Source of the DNA: an uncultured virus (IMG/VR IMGVR_UViG_3300005512_000019)
Lineage: Duplodnaviria > Heunggongvirae > Uroviricota > Caudoviricetes
IMG/VR virus record: IMGVR_UViG_3300005512_000019
DNA: 20,000 nucleotides
Reading direction: 5' to 3' (one strand)
Shown here: positions 7,673-16,363 of the stretch, one piece after another
Layout of the letters: every line of letters begins with the position of its first letter
How positions within the stretch are numbered: the stretch's first letter is position 1
Position numbers and translations under genes: made by a program
The notes under the pieces: model-generated
What the model saw: the letters and a program-made list of their open reading frames with translations, nothing else
Databases searched by the model: none
What the model was told of the DNA's origin: nothing

Positions 7673-7845
7673 CGCCCCGCCTCCTCGGCCGCTTGCCTCG
7701 CAGCCGCCTCGGCACGCATACGCTGGGCAATTTGTCCTCGGCCGCTCAGGTAGTAACTACTGAGCCACACGGCTAGCCCCGCCAGCAGAACGCCCACGAG
7801 GGCTCCTGCTATGGCGGCGGCGGGGTGTTGGCGTACTGTGTCCAT
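7669..7845 (-). CDS. Small single-pass membrane protein (58 aa)
   Basis: Start ATG 7845 (MDTVRQH) after GAGGAGGAGG; hydrophobic stretch AAAIAGALVGVLLAGLAVWLSSYYL. Confidence 0.65.
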   Translation of the reverse strand: MDTVRQHPAAAIAGALVGVLLAGLAVWLSSYYLSGRGQIAQRMRAEAAARQAAEEAGR

Positions 7846-8374
7846 GTCTTCCTCCTCCTCTTTTGAAACCTTCCACCATTGCCTCATCGCAGCTCCGGCC
7901 GATCCCGGCCATGGCTTTGATCCCGTACTCCCGCAGCTGATCCAGCCCAAACGTCTCCCGTTGGTGGTCCAGCTCCTCCTCTGAGAAGTCATGGTCATAT
8001 CGGGACGGCGGCAGATGCTTGATCGGCCGGGGCTCCCGCTCCTCCCCAGCGTCAAAGAGAGCGGCCCAGATGGCCATCAAGGCCCGATCCCGGTCAGGCT
8101 CTCCGTGGACGTGGTTCTTGAAGTTGTCATAGTCAATCTCCTGGGCCATAGCGGCCAGGAGGCGTGCCCAGAGGTCCTTGGGCATGATCACCCTGTACGG
8201 GTAGTCAGCTTCAGGCGTTGACCTCAGCCTGATGCTCTTATCCCCGGAGGCGTCCCGAGCCATCTTGGCCAGGGTCCCGATGTCCTCCTTGAAACGTCCC
8301 CGCACAAGGACGGTCTCCGGCCGATCCCGGTGCTGTACTGCGCTGAAGAATCCAAATTCAGTGAAGGCCCACAT
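7757..8374 (-). CDS. Conserved phage hypothetical protein
   Basis: MWAFTEFGFFSAV...VLVRGR...DYPYR...IDYDNFK pattern, recalled from uncharacterised phage proteins; its C-terminal tail overlaps the next gene. Confidence 0.75.
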   Translation of the reverse strand: MWAFTEFGFFSAVQHRDRPETVLVRGRFKEDIGTLAKMARDASGDKSIRLRSTPEADYPYRVIMPKDLWARLLAAMAQEIDYDNFKNHVHGEPDRDRALMAIWAALFDAGEEREPRPIKHLPPSRYDHDFSEEELDHQRETFGLDQLREYGIKAMAGIGRSCDEAMVEGFKRGGGRHGHSTPTPRRRHSRSPRGRSAGGASRVAQ

Positions 8375-8376
8375 GG

Positions 8377-9282
8377 TTAGTCTCCCAGCAGCTCTCTCAT
8401 CACAACGTCCGCCTCTTCCTGGGTGAGCTGCGCGGGGTCTCCCCCTCCCAGGTCTGCGGTTTCAACCTCCATGTCAAAAGCAGTCAGGTACGTGGCCAGC
8501 TTCCGGGCCTGTACGGGGGCGGTTGGGTCCTCCGCCCCGGAGTCATACATCACCGCTACTCGGGTGAAGTCTCGGAGCAGCTCCACCTGCTCCAGCTTGA
8601 ACTGGACGCCAAACGTTGCGACGGCCCCCGGCCCCAGTCTCCAAACGTCCGTGATGCCCTCAACCACCACTACCCGATCCCCCGGCACCTGGTCCAGCCC
8701 GTACAGGCAGTGCTTGTGGTCTCGGGCTTCCAGTCGTTGGGGGCAGGCCTTGTAGCGGAGGTTGGACTTGCCTGTCACATCCCTCCCCTGATAGCTGACC
8801 ACCGTCCCCCGGAAGGTGATTGGGGCTATGATCCTGAACCTGTAGTCACCGAGGGGTCCCACTCCCTGCAGGCCCCACACCCTGGCTAGGTGGTCTGGGC
8901 TGAAGTCTCGGCTTTGGAGGTAGCGGCGGTGGATCGGTCCCAGGGCTCCGGCCGTCTCGGGGAGCCGGCAGACGCTGCGGCGGCGGACGTCAATCACGGG
9001 GTCCACCGCCAGGAGGCGGCGCACGTTGTACGCCTTCAGCTCCCGGAAGGCCTCCAGCTCATCGCAGCGGAGGAGAGCCTGGACTACTCGGGCGGCGGAC
9101 TTCCCCCTGCACCTCCAACAGGTGAAGAAGTCCTTTGCCTCCGAGTAGCCCAGGTGGAATCCGGGGTCACCTGTACAGAAGGGACACTCCACGGCCACCC
9201 ACCCCTTCCGGTGGTGCTTGTGGCCCGCTGGAGCGGTGGGGATGAAGTGATCCTCACAAAACCTTCTGAAGTCAAACGCCAT
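8377..9282 (-). CDS. dnaG: DnaG-like DNA primase (Zn-finger + TOPRIM)
   Basis: CPFC...H...CWRC Zn finger; RIIAPI...VVSYQGRDV; TOPRIM VVVVEGITDV...ATFG, VMYDS, GDP. Confidence 0.88.
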   Translation of the reverse strand: MAFDFRRFCEDHFIPTAPAGHKHHRKGWVAVECPFCTGDPGFHLGYSEAKDFFTCWRCRGKSAARVVQALLRCDELEAFRELKAYNVRRLLAVDPVIDVRRRSVCRLPETAGALGPIHRRYLQSRDFSPDHLARVWGLQGVGPLGDYRFRIIAPITFRGTVVSYQGRDVTGKSNLRYKACPQRLEARDHKHCLYGLDQVPGDRVVVVEGITDVWRLGPGAVATFGVQFKLEQVELLRDFTRVAVMYDSGAEDPTAPVQARKLATYLTAFDMEVETADLGGGDPAQLTQEEADVVMRELLGD

Positions 9283-9593
9283 TAGTCTCTCTCCTTCTCC
9301 AGAATCCTACGCACCTGCTCAATTTCCTTCAAACAACCGGAGGTGTCCACCTTGAGATCAACCACCAGGCAGCGACAGTTGGGGTGCCTCGGGACGTTCT
9401 GGAAGTTGGGGGAGGAGGAGGCCGTGCGAGAGGTCCGAGCCCCGGTGATCTTGAACCTGATAGCCTTCTTGGCCCTCTCGGTGGCCTCCCGCACTATTCT
9501 CCTGATCCTCTCGGTCTTGGTCTCCGGCCGGAGGGGGAGCATGGCTGCTCCCACCCCCAGTGCGCTGACCCGGAAGAAGTCCCGCCTATTCAT
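9282..9593 (-). CDS. Small protein with a twin-arginine-like N-terminus
   Basis: MNRRDFFRVSALGVGAAML; ATGA and TAATG coupling on its two sides. Confidence 0.65.
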   Translation of the reverse strand: MNRRDFFRVSALGVGAAMLPLRPETKTERIRRIVREATERAKKAIRFKITGARTSRTASSSPNFQNVPRHPNCRCLVVDLKVDTSGCLKEIEQVRRILEKERD

Positions 9594-10476
9594 TGCCGGC
9601 CTCTCTCAGCCTGATGGCCGCACGCTTCAGGGCGTCCTTCTCCTTGGTCTCCCTCTCCACAACCTGATCCCAGGCATCCTGGTCCAGTACCTCCTTGATG
9701 GAGTCCTGAATCAGGGAGGAGAGGACCTTGGGCTCAAGGGCGTCCAGCTCCCAGGAGGTCCTCCCGTAGTTGGCAATGTACTCCGCACAGCGGGAGTCCG
9801 TGAGCTTGGCCGGATTCGGCGGCGGGTTGTAGGCGTTCACCTGATCCATTGTCAGGGCTATCCGGCGGACTTCCACCTTGGCCCCAAACGTGTTCAGGCG
9901 GTCCTGGATGTCCCGTGACATGTCCACCCCGCTCGGGTCATGGTCCCCGAGGTGAATGAGGAGGCACTGGCGGTCCATCTCCTCGGCCCTCCACCTGAAT
10001 CGGTTGGCCGCTTCATACATGGAGGTTTGAGAGACGTACCCCCGGCAACTGAAGCAGGTCACGTCCAGCGGCTGTGCGGCCTGCTGAACAACCTGAATGA
10101 GGGCGTCCTTCTCCACCCACACTTCCACGTACCAGGGCTGGGTCTCCCACTTGTTCCGGCGGTAGGAGTACACACAGGCATCCACTATCTGCTCGGGGCT
10201 GTTCCAGTGCTGGAGGCTCCGGGTGTGGCGGGTCCGATCCTGAATGGCATCCCAGTCCACCAGGCCGGCAAGGCGGGCTTTGGACAGTACCTCACCCAGC
10301 CTGTCGTAGTTGCTCTGCTTGTTGGGTAGGAAGCCCCGAGCCACAAACTGATAGTACAGCTGTCTCAGGGTCAGCTCGTAGCCCTGAGCCCGCAACTCCT
10401 CAATGATCTCATTGGCGGTGTTGATGGTCTCCAGGGTCTTGTCGGTAAAGTTGGTTGGTACAAAGCACTTCTTCAC
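9586..10476 (-). CDS. Topoisomerase VI subunit A/Spo11-like protein (WH + TOPRIM)
   Basis: LTLRQLYYQ (putative catalytic Tyr helix), VEVWVEKDAL, RGYVS, HLGDHDPSG (DxD), RIALT, WELDAL. Confidence 0.8.
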   Translation of the reverse strand: MKKCFVPTNFTDKTLETINTANEIIEELRAQGYELTLRQLYYQFVARGFLPNKQSNYDRLGEVLSKARLAGLVDWDAIQDRTRHTRSLQHWNSPEQIVDACVYSYRRNKWETQPWYVEVWVEKDALIQVVQQAAQPLDVTCFSCRGYVSQTSMYEAANRFRWRAEEMDRQCLLIHLGDHDPSGVDMSRDIQDRLNTFGAKVEVRRIALTMDQVNAYNPPPNPAKLTDSRCAEYIANYGRTSWELDALEPKVLSSLIQDSIKEVLDQDAWDQVVERETKEKDALKRAAIRLREAGNE

Positions 10477-10769
10477 GCTACCACCTCCCGAGCGGCCAAC
10501 TCTTCAATCATTTCTGAGGCCACCTTGCGAATGTAGTTTGCCAGGGTCTCTCCGGGGGAAGTTGACTGCTGCACTATCTCCAGGGGGGTATCCGCTCTGA
10601 AGTCATACTGCCGGCCCCCCGTGTCCACTGCGACGCAGCGGAAGCGGAAGGCATGGAGGCGTCCTCCCTGGTGATGGGTTGTCTCCATCTGATCCATCAG
10701 GGGGGAGTCCTCCCCCGGCCGCTCCATTAGGTTTTCAACTGTGATCTTCATGAGTTTGATCTTGGTCAT
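10473..10769 (-). CDS. Hypothetical protein (98 aa)
   Basis: GAGGA RBS; GTGA overlap with the downstream gene. Confidence 0.65.
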   Translation of the reverse strand: MTKIKLMKITVENLMERPGEDSPLMDQMETTHHQGGRLHAFRFRCVAVDTGGRQYDFRADTPLEIVQQSTSPGETLANYIRKVASEMIEELAAREVVA

Positions 10770-10775
10770 TGCTGA

Positions 10776-11009
10776 TCAGTCCTCCTCTCCGGGCGGCGGG
10801 AGGATCGGGCACCACTTGCGGATGCTCTTCCCAAAGCCCTTGACGTTGTGTGCGCGAAACTCCTGGAGGTCCTCTCTCCAGTAGGCCAGCTCCCTCCCCG
10901 TCTTGCTAGTCCAGATCATGACGTGCTCCCCGTCTGCGGGCTGGCTTTGTGAGAGGTCCCTCCAGTAGATGTCCTCTTGATTGCGGTGAATGACGGCTTC
11001 TTTACTCAC
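10776..11009 (-). CDS. Hypothetical protein, DUF551-like (77 aa)
   Basis: W..LSQSQPADGEHVMIW...AYW...IRKWCPILPPP pattern resembling DUF551-type phage proteins; GTG start after GGAGG. Confidence 0.6.
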   Translation of the reverse strand: MSKEAVIHRNQEDIYWRDLSQSQPADGEHVMIWTSKTGRELAYWREDLQEFRAHNVKGFGKSIRKWCPILPPPGEED

Positions 11010-11463
11010 TCTGTGCCCTCCTGACTACCCGTCGCACCTTCTTGGCAACGGGGCGTTTGATGACCTGGCGGCGGGGCTTGTCCCCTCCGCTCGTATCAAG
11101 TGTGTGAATGGTACGGTTGGCCGGGGCCGGGGGAGGGCTAGCCGGATGGGGCGACTGGGGGACGGTCTGGCCCTTCTTCCGGGGGCGACCACTCATCACT
11201 CGGCTTCCGGCCCCCACCAGGTCCTTCTGGGTGAACACCCCGTGCCCCATGGTCTGAAAGCGGATGTGGAACAGCTTGAAGAGGTCGTTGCCCTCCCGGT
11301 CTGTTCCCCACGTGTGTATCACGGCCTGGGTCCCGCTCTTGGATTCGATTGTGAGCCCTTCCAGGTACTCAGGCAGGTGGTCCTCCGGGCCTTCCGCCTG
11401 CTCCACAATCGGGTCCGGGTCCGGGGCGGGCCTGTTTACCTTCCTGATGATGCACTTTTTCAT
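11002..11463 (-). CDS. Hypothetical basic protein (153 aa)
   Basis: Strong RBS AAGGAGG downstream of a promoter; Arg/Lys-rich C-terminus. Confidence 0.7.
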   Translation of the reverse strand: MKKCIIRKVNRPAPDPDPIVEQAEGPEDHLPEYLEGLTIESKSGTQAVIHTWGTDREGNDLFKLFHIRFQTMGHGVFTQKDLVGAGSRVMSGRPRKKGQTVPQSPHPASPPPAPANRTIHTLDTSGGDKPRRQVIKRPVAKKVRRVVRRAQSE

Positions 11464-11480
11464 TGAATCCTCCTTTGCTT

Positions 11481-11509
11481 ATCCTACATGTTCCTGCCAC
11501 TTCCCGCAA
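11481..11509 (-). promoter_or_regulatory. Sigma70-like promoter TTGCGG-N17-TAGGAT
   Basis: -35 at 11509-11504 and -10 at 11486-11481 in an intergenic gap. Confidence 0.6.
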
Positions 11510-11560
11510 GGGGACCCCCGGACGGCCAGGGCTAGCCTGTCCGGGCGCACCTGCGTGGGA

Positions 11561-13525
11561 CTATGCTGCTTCCTCGTCATTCTCGTCAGAGTATCGGGCC
11601 AGGAGGGCGGAGAGCATGCTGCTCTCGTCAACGTCCTGCCCATCCAAGACGGCCGTCAGCACCACCCGCTTCTCATCCAGCAGCTCAGCAATCTCCTCCT
11701 CCACCGTCCGATCCGCCAGCAGGTAGTAGGCTGTCACACTGTCGGCCGTCTGACCGATGCGGTGCACCCGATCCTCTGCCTGGTCGTGCTCTCCGGGGGT
11801 CCAGCCGATCTCGACAAAGGCGGTACAGGAGGCGGCTGTCAGGGTCAGTCCCACGCCTGCGGCCTTGATGTTGCCGAGAAACAGCCTGATCTCCGGGTCC
11901 TTCTGGAAGGCGTCCACTGCAGCCTGACGGGCGGGCTTGGCCGTCCGGCCGTCCACCTTGACGCACTGTCCTTCAAAGGCCTCTGCCAGGTCATCCAGAC
12001 ACTTGTGATGAACCCCAAACACCACCAGCTTCTCCCCGGAGGAGAGGAAGTCCTCAATCCATTCGATGCAGGCGTTGATCTTGCCCGTGTAGGCCAGCTG
12101 CTTGAGGTGCTCAATCCTGACCAGTGCCTCGGCCGTCATAGCCTTCTTGGCCGCTTCCTCCCCCTTCTTGCCCCACAGCCACTTGATGAAGTTGTCCTGC
12201 GCGGCCTGGTAGGCATTCCGGTTTTCCAGTTCCATCGGTACAACCACCCGAGTCTTGGGCGGTAGCTCCTTGGCCACGTCAACCTTCAGGCGGCGGAGGA
12301 GGATGGACTTGGTCAGCTGGGCGTTGAGCTCCTTGGTGTTGGAGGCCCCGGAGAAGTCCCACCCATAGCCGTTGCGGCGGGCGTTGCAATACTTCCGGGC
12401 AAAGGCCCAGAAGTCCGGGTACAGGTCCGGGTCCACCAGCTGAATGGGGGTGAAGAATTCAATGGGCCTGTTCGTGATGGGGGTCCCCGAGAGGGCTATG
12501 CAGTGGGGAGCGGCCTGGGACAGTTCCAGGCAGGCCTTGCTGCGCTTGGTCTTGGGGTTCTTTGCGTAGTGGACCTCATCAAAAATGACCACGCTCGGCT
12601 TCATCTTCTTGAGCTGCTTCTCCCAGTAGGGTAGGATGTCGTAGTTGATGACGATGATCTTGCCCTTGATGAAGTACGGGGTCCGGCCTTCCACCTGTTC
12701 CACCTGCGGATCGGCCAGCCACTTCTCGGCCTCCCGCTGCCAGTTGAGCTTGAGGGAGGCGGGGACCACGATCACTGCCGGCCGGAAGTCCGGGTGCAGC
12801 TGAAGGTAGGCCAGGGCCTGGACCGTCTTGCCCAGCCCCATCTCGTCACCGATGAAGGCCCGCCCGTTGCGGGTCTCAATGAAGGCCACCCCGCTGTCCT
12901 GGAAGGGGCGGAGGGTCCCGAGGAGGCCGGGGATGTCGATGTGATCCGGGGCCGGGGCTGTCTTGGACTCAAACCACGCCATCAGATTGGGGGTCAGGGG
13001 GAAGCCCAAGTCAAGGAGGCTCTGGACGTTTTCCAGGCTGAGTTTCGCTGACCAGCCCGCTCCCGATCCGTTGCGCTTCTCAAACATGCGGTCATGGAGG
13101 CGGGTCTTGACGTCCGAGACCAGCTGGGCATCCCAGTCAAACCTGATCCAGATGCGCCCAGCCTTCTCCTTGTCCAGCTCGGCCGTCTTGGGGCTAGCCG
13201 GGGCCTGGGGCCTGGGGCTCTTGGGCTGATAGGACTTGATGGGCAGGGGCTCCAGGTCCTCCGGTATCTGGCGGTGGTACTTCTGGAGCTTGCGGATGCA
13301 GAGGGCCAGCTGCTTCTCGGTCAGATAGCCCCGGCTCCGGTAGAACACTGCGAATGAGCTCAGAATCTCCGAGTCACAGGCGTTGAAGCCAATGTCGTTG
13401 AGGTGGGCCGTGAAGCCGGCATTCTGCTCATCCCGAGTCTGGCAGGAGTACAGGAACATCAGAGCCGCAACGGCAAACTCCGGCTCCCCCTTGATGCGCT
13501 CTTGAATTGTGAGTGTTGTGGTCAT
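11561..13525 (-). CDS. SNF2-family (SF2) helicase/ATPase, HARP/SMARCAL1-like, with an extra N-terminal domain
   Basis: LRPFQ, GDEMGLGKT, VVPASLKLNW, DEVH, LSGTPITN, LRRLK, AGVGLTLT, QAEDRVHRIGQ. Confidence 0.93.
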   Translation of the reverse strand: MTTTLTIQERIKGEPEFAVAALMFLYSCQTRDEQNAGFTAHLNDIGFNACDSEILSSFAVFYRSRGYLTEKQLALCIRKLQKYHRQIPEDLEPLPIKSYQPKSPRPQAPASPKTAELDKEKAGRIWIRFDWDAQLVSDVKTRLHDRMFEKRNGSGAGWSAKLSLENVQSLLDLGFPLTPNLMAWFESKTAPAPDHIDIPGLLGTLRPFQDSGVAFIETRNGRAFIGDEMGLGKTVQALAYLQLHPDFRPAVIVVPASLKLNWQREAEKWLADPQVEQVEGRTPYFIKGKIIVINYDILPYWEKQLKKMKPSVVIFDEVHYAKNPKTKRSKACLELSQAAPHCIALSGTPITNRPIEFFTPIQLVDPDLYPDFWAFARKYCNARRNGYGWDFSGASNTKELNAQLTKSILLRRLKVDVAKELPPKTRVVVPMELENRNAYQAAQDNFIKWLWGKKGEEAAKKAMTAEALVRIEHLKQLAYTGKINACIEWIEDFLSSGEKLVVFGVHHKCLDDLAEAFEGQCVKVDGRTAKPARQAAVDAFQKDPEIRLFLGNIKAAGVGLTLTAASCTAFVEIGWTPGEHDQAEDRVHRIGQTADSVTAYYLLADRTVEEEIAELLDEKRVVLTAVLDGQDVDESSMLSALLARYSDENDEEAA

Positions 13526-13535
13526 TGCGGGGCTC

Positions 13536-14105
13536 CTATATGCGTGCGGCGGTTGTCTTCAACTCTGCCATGACTTCCCAGATGCGTTTCCACTTCCATC
13601 CCTCGGCTCGGAGATACCTCTGGAGGATGCCCCGGATGATCTTGGGGGGCTGGGCTCCCAGGTCCCGGAGGGCCTCCACTGGAGCGTTGAGGAGGAGGTC
13701 CAGGATGTACCTGGCGTCATCACTCAATCCGCTCCTGAGCTCCACCACCCGCATGTGTTGGTAGGGTCCGTCACTCCTGTGGTCCGGCACGATCTCCTCC
13801 AGGACGGCTTCCCCGAGGTCCGGGGGGAGGTCGTTGTGCTGCGTGTAGTCAATCAGGCCCTGGTTCAAGAGCCGATAAAGCCACGTGCTGAATTTGGCTC
13901 CCCTGTTGGGATCGTAGGAGTGGAAGGCCTCCATGAAGATACCCTCACAGACTCCCATCAGCTCGGTGAAGTCATGGCCAGTTGTTTCCCGGAAGGACCA
14001 GCTGCGGGCGCACATCATTGCGTAGGTTGCGTCATACAGCTTCTGAGCCCGTCCTTCGGTGACCACCCGCCGGATCGTGTGCTGCGTGTTCCGGTCCTTG
14101 GTCAT
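13536..14105 (-). CDS. Phage-encoded sigma-70-family factor
   Basis: Region-2-like DFTELM...FMEAFHSYDPNRGAKFSTWLYRLLNQGLIDY, and LSDDARYIL resembling the start of region 4. Confidence 0.78.
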   Translation of the reverse strand: MTKDRNTQHTIRRVVTEGRAQKLYDATYAMMCARSWSFRETTGHDFTELMGVCEGIFMEAFHSYDPNRGAKFSTWLYRLLNQGLIDYTQHNDLPPDLGEAVLEEIVPDHRSDGPYQHMRVVELRSGLSDDARYILDLLLNAPVEALRDLGAQPPKIIRGILQRYLRAEGWKWKRIWEVMAELKTTAARI

Positions 14106-14287
14106 TAGCCTCTCCCCCCGTCACGGAGTTTGCGTTGCATGCTCTGAATGTGCACGGCCACGATGGCCTCCAGCTGCTCCTTCCCGTTGCTCCCGAGGGC
14201 TCGGGACAGCCCGTTGAAACGATCCCGCAGTTGGCGCGGGACTCCCTGAATGACCCAGCTGCAAGTGGTTGTGTTCTGCTTGTCCAT
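14105..14287 (-). CDS. Ribbon-helix-helix-like DNA-binding protein (60 aa)
   Basis: Start ATG 14287 (MDKQNTTT) after GAGGA; SWVIQGVPRQLRDRFNGLSRALGSNGKEQLEAIV fits a beta-alpha-alpha pattern; TAATG-coupled to the sigma gene. Confidence 0.6.
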   Translation of the reverse strand: MDKQNTTTCSWVIQGVPRQLRDRFNGLSRALGSNGKEQLEAIVAVHIQSMQRKLRDGGRG

Positions 14288-14300
14288 CTTGTGTTCCTCT

Positions 14301-15062
14301 CTAGTTGTCTCTGACGTGTCGATTCTCTGTTGCGGTGATCTCGGTGTCCAGGTCCCTGGCCCCGTCCTCCCCGGCTGCGTCTGCGGCAAGCTGAGTGGCT
14401 TCCCGGCTGTCCATGTATGCGGCATACTCCGGGTCAACGGCCTCCGGCCCGTTGCTCCGCCCGTACAGGCGGCGGTTGGGCGGCGGCATGTCATCCTCGG
14501 GGTCCTCCTCCTCGGGGAGGGGCTCCACCGAGCAGTAGCCGATCCCGGTGTCCCAGACCATCTCCTGGAGTTCATCGGCCGTGTACTTGGTGTAGACCTC
14601 CATGGACCAGCTCGTGGAGCCGTCCGAGTAGCCCTGGCCCACGATGAGGATGTTGAGGCGGCTGAGGAGGTTCTGGACCCCCCGGCGGCAGGCTTGCCCC
14701 ACGGTGATGACCAAGTGCTCGGCCGTCCTCCGCTCCCGCTCCTGCGCTGCGGAGATAGCGGCCAGAACGTCCTCCAGCTCCCCCTGCGCAATCAGCTCCT
14801 GCCTGGCTCTCCGCTTGAGGTCCGTCACGCAGTAGGCCCGCTGCTCTTCCGGGGTAGCCCCGCCCCCGTCCTCCTCCATGACGATGTCGTTGACCCGGAG
14901 CCTCCAGAACAGCTCGGGCTCGGTCCCCGGCCGTCCCTCGTTGCGGTCTCCCTCGTAGATGAGGACAACGTCCTCGGGGACTCCCGGAAGGGTCCACTGG
15001 GGCTGGGGAGCTGTGAGCCCCCCGTCTGTCTGCTTCCACTTGAGGTTGGTCTTGCGCTTCAT
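14301..15062 (-). CDS. Hypothetical acidic protein (253 aa)
   Basis: GGAGG RBS; fills the gap in the co-directional array. Confidence 0.7.
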   Translation of the reverse strand: MKRKTNLKWKQTDGGLTAPQPQWTLPGVPEDVVLIYEGDRNEGRPGTEPELFWRLRVNDIVMEEDGGGATPEEQRAYCVTDLKRRARQELIAQGELEDVLAAISAAQERERRTAEHLVITVGQACRRGVQNLLSRLNILIVGQGYSDGSTSWSMEVYTKYTADELQEMVWDTGIGYCSVEPLPEEEDPEDDMPPPNRRLYGRSNGPEAVDPEYAAYMDSREATQLAADAAGEDGARDLDTEITATENRHVRDN

Positions 15063-15072
15063 CGTGGGCCTC

Positions 15073-15369
15073 CTATGAGTGCTGGGGGGTGACTCCGGCT
15101 TCCCGGAGGAGCTGGTTGAGTCCGGCCCGGACGGCCGCTGCGTCTGCGGCTATCCTGGGACGGTTGACGACTGTGACTGCGTAGCGGGCTTTCCAGGCCT
15201 TCCGGCTGCGGCTCCAGTCCAGGTGGACGGTGACCGTGAAGCCCTCGGCCCGGAGCCGGGAGGCCTCCCCCTCTGCGAAAGTGGAGAGGGCCTCCTTGTC
15301 CGGGCTGGAGTCTACGGTGTGGCCGTTGATTCTCTGGCGGGTGATGTTCTCGGGGATGGTGCTGCTCAT
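15073..15369 (-). CDS. Hypothetical protein (98 aa)
   Basis: AAGGAG RBS. Confidence 0.7.
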   Translation of the reverse strand: MSSTIPENITRQRINGHTVDSSPDKEALSTFAEGEASRLRAEGFTVTVHLDWSRSRKAWKARYAVTVVNRPRIAADAAAVRAGLNQLLREAGVTPQHS

Positions 15370-15385
15370 CGGGCTTCTCCTTGGA

Positions 15386-15673
15386 CTAAAGGGTGTGGGT
15401 GCCGACCTCCCGGCGGTGAGCCATCGTGGCGGCGTGCTTGATGGCGTTGTCGTAGGCCTCCGAGTTGAAGGACCCGTCCGGCCTCTTGAACTGGCTTATG
15501 GTGATGGGTGCGATAGCGTCTGCGATGCCGGCAACAGCGTCAATCCCGAGCTTGTGAACTGCGATGCGCGCTGCCTCCGAGTAGGGCAGGTTGCCGGGCA
15601 ACTTTTCCCCTGTGGCTACCTCGTAGGCCGCTTTGGCTGCGATCAGGGCGATGTGACGGTCTTTGTTCTTCAT
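15386..15673 (-). CDS. Hypothetical protein (95 aa)
   Basis: Preferred start ATG 15673 (MKNKDRH) after AAGGAG; first gene after a strong promoter. Confidence 0.7.
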   Translation of the reverse strand: MKNKDRHIALIAAKAAYEVATGEKLPGNLPYSEAARIAVHKLGIDAVAGIADAIAPITISQFKRPDGSFNSEAYDNAIKHAATMAHRREVGTHTL

Positions 15674-15716
15674 CGTGCTGCTCCTTTTGGCTGTCCCGTT
15701 CTTCATCATGCCGCCT

Positions 15717-15746
15717 ATAGTAGCCTAGCAACCATAGGCACGTCAA
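15717..15746 (-). promoter_or_regulatory. Strong sigma70-like promoter TTGACG-N18-TACTAT
   Basis: -35 at 15746-15741, -10 at 15722-15717, T-tracts upstream. Confidence 0.7.
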
Positions 15747-15747
15747 G

Positions 15748-15783
15748 AAAAAAAGAGGGAAAAGTCAAAAAAACTTTCCCCCC
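15748..15783 (-). terminator. Possible intrinsic terminator just upstream of the promoter
   Basis: Minus strand GGGGGGAAAG-TTTTTTTGA-CTTTTCCCTC-TTTTTTT (10-bp stem including G-U pairs, then a U7 tail). Confidence 0.55.
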
Positions 15784-15805
15784 TTCCTTGGCCACGCCTG
15801 ATGGG

Positions 15806-16363
15806 CTATCGTTGCGGTTTGTTCCCCTCCTGGTCCTGAACGGGCTTGAAAACCTTGGCGACAAACACGGCATCCTCGTGATCAAAAAACGTGCCCACAG
15901 TCCGCTCACCGTAGATGCAGACACGGTAGTTGAAAGCTGCCCCGGAGTCTCCCGCCCGCTCCCCTACCAGATACACCTCCTGATTGGGCATGAAGTCATC
16001 AAAGGTGCCGGCCTCTTCCCGGTACTCGGCCAGCTGGCGTCCGAGGTCCTCTGCGTCTTCAAACTCGGGGGGCCTCCACCCCTTGGGAAGGCCTACAATC
16101 TGAGGCCCGTGAAGGCACTCGTTAATGAAGGTCCTCCCCATCTCCGTGACCTCCATCGGGGGGTAGCACTGGCTGCTCGGGAAGGTGTCCACAATATCGG
16201 CCCCCGGCCCCTCATCCCGGCCGGGGAGATACTCCCTGATCAGGCCCTCCCGCTTCAGGTCCCGCACGTCATGTGGGTTGACGTCGCAGTGCCGTTGGGA
16301 GGCGTTCTGCCTCCACCGTCCCTCGTACACCTCACACAGTATCTTCAGTTGGTTTGTGGTCAT
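15806..16363 (-). CDS. Hypothetical protein (185 aa), possible N-terminal winged helix
   Basis: AAGGAGG RBS; MTTNQLKIL...DLKREGLI...VTEMGRTFI pattern. Confidence 0.7.
   Translation of the reverse strand: MTTNQLKILCEVYEGRWRQNASQRHCDVNPHDVRDLKREGLIREYLPGRDEGPGADIVDTFPSSQCYPPMEVTEMGRTFINECLHGPQIVGLPKGWRPPEFEDAEDLGRQLAEYREEAGTFDDFMPNQEVYLVGERAGDSGAAFNYRVCIYGERTVGTFFDHEDAVFVAKVFKPVQDQEGNKPQR

Noticed and set aside
14288..14791. N-terminal extension of ORF 14105..14791 (similarly 7669..8055, 19316..19837, 18840..19382, 751..1371)
   Set aside because: These extensions overlap upstream genes out of frame; internal ATGs with clear RBSs give non-conflicting genes.
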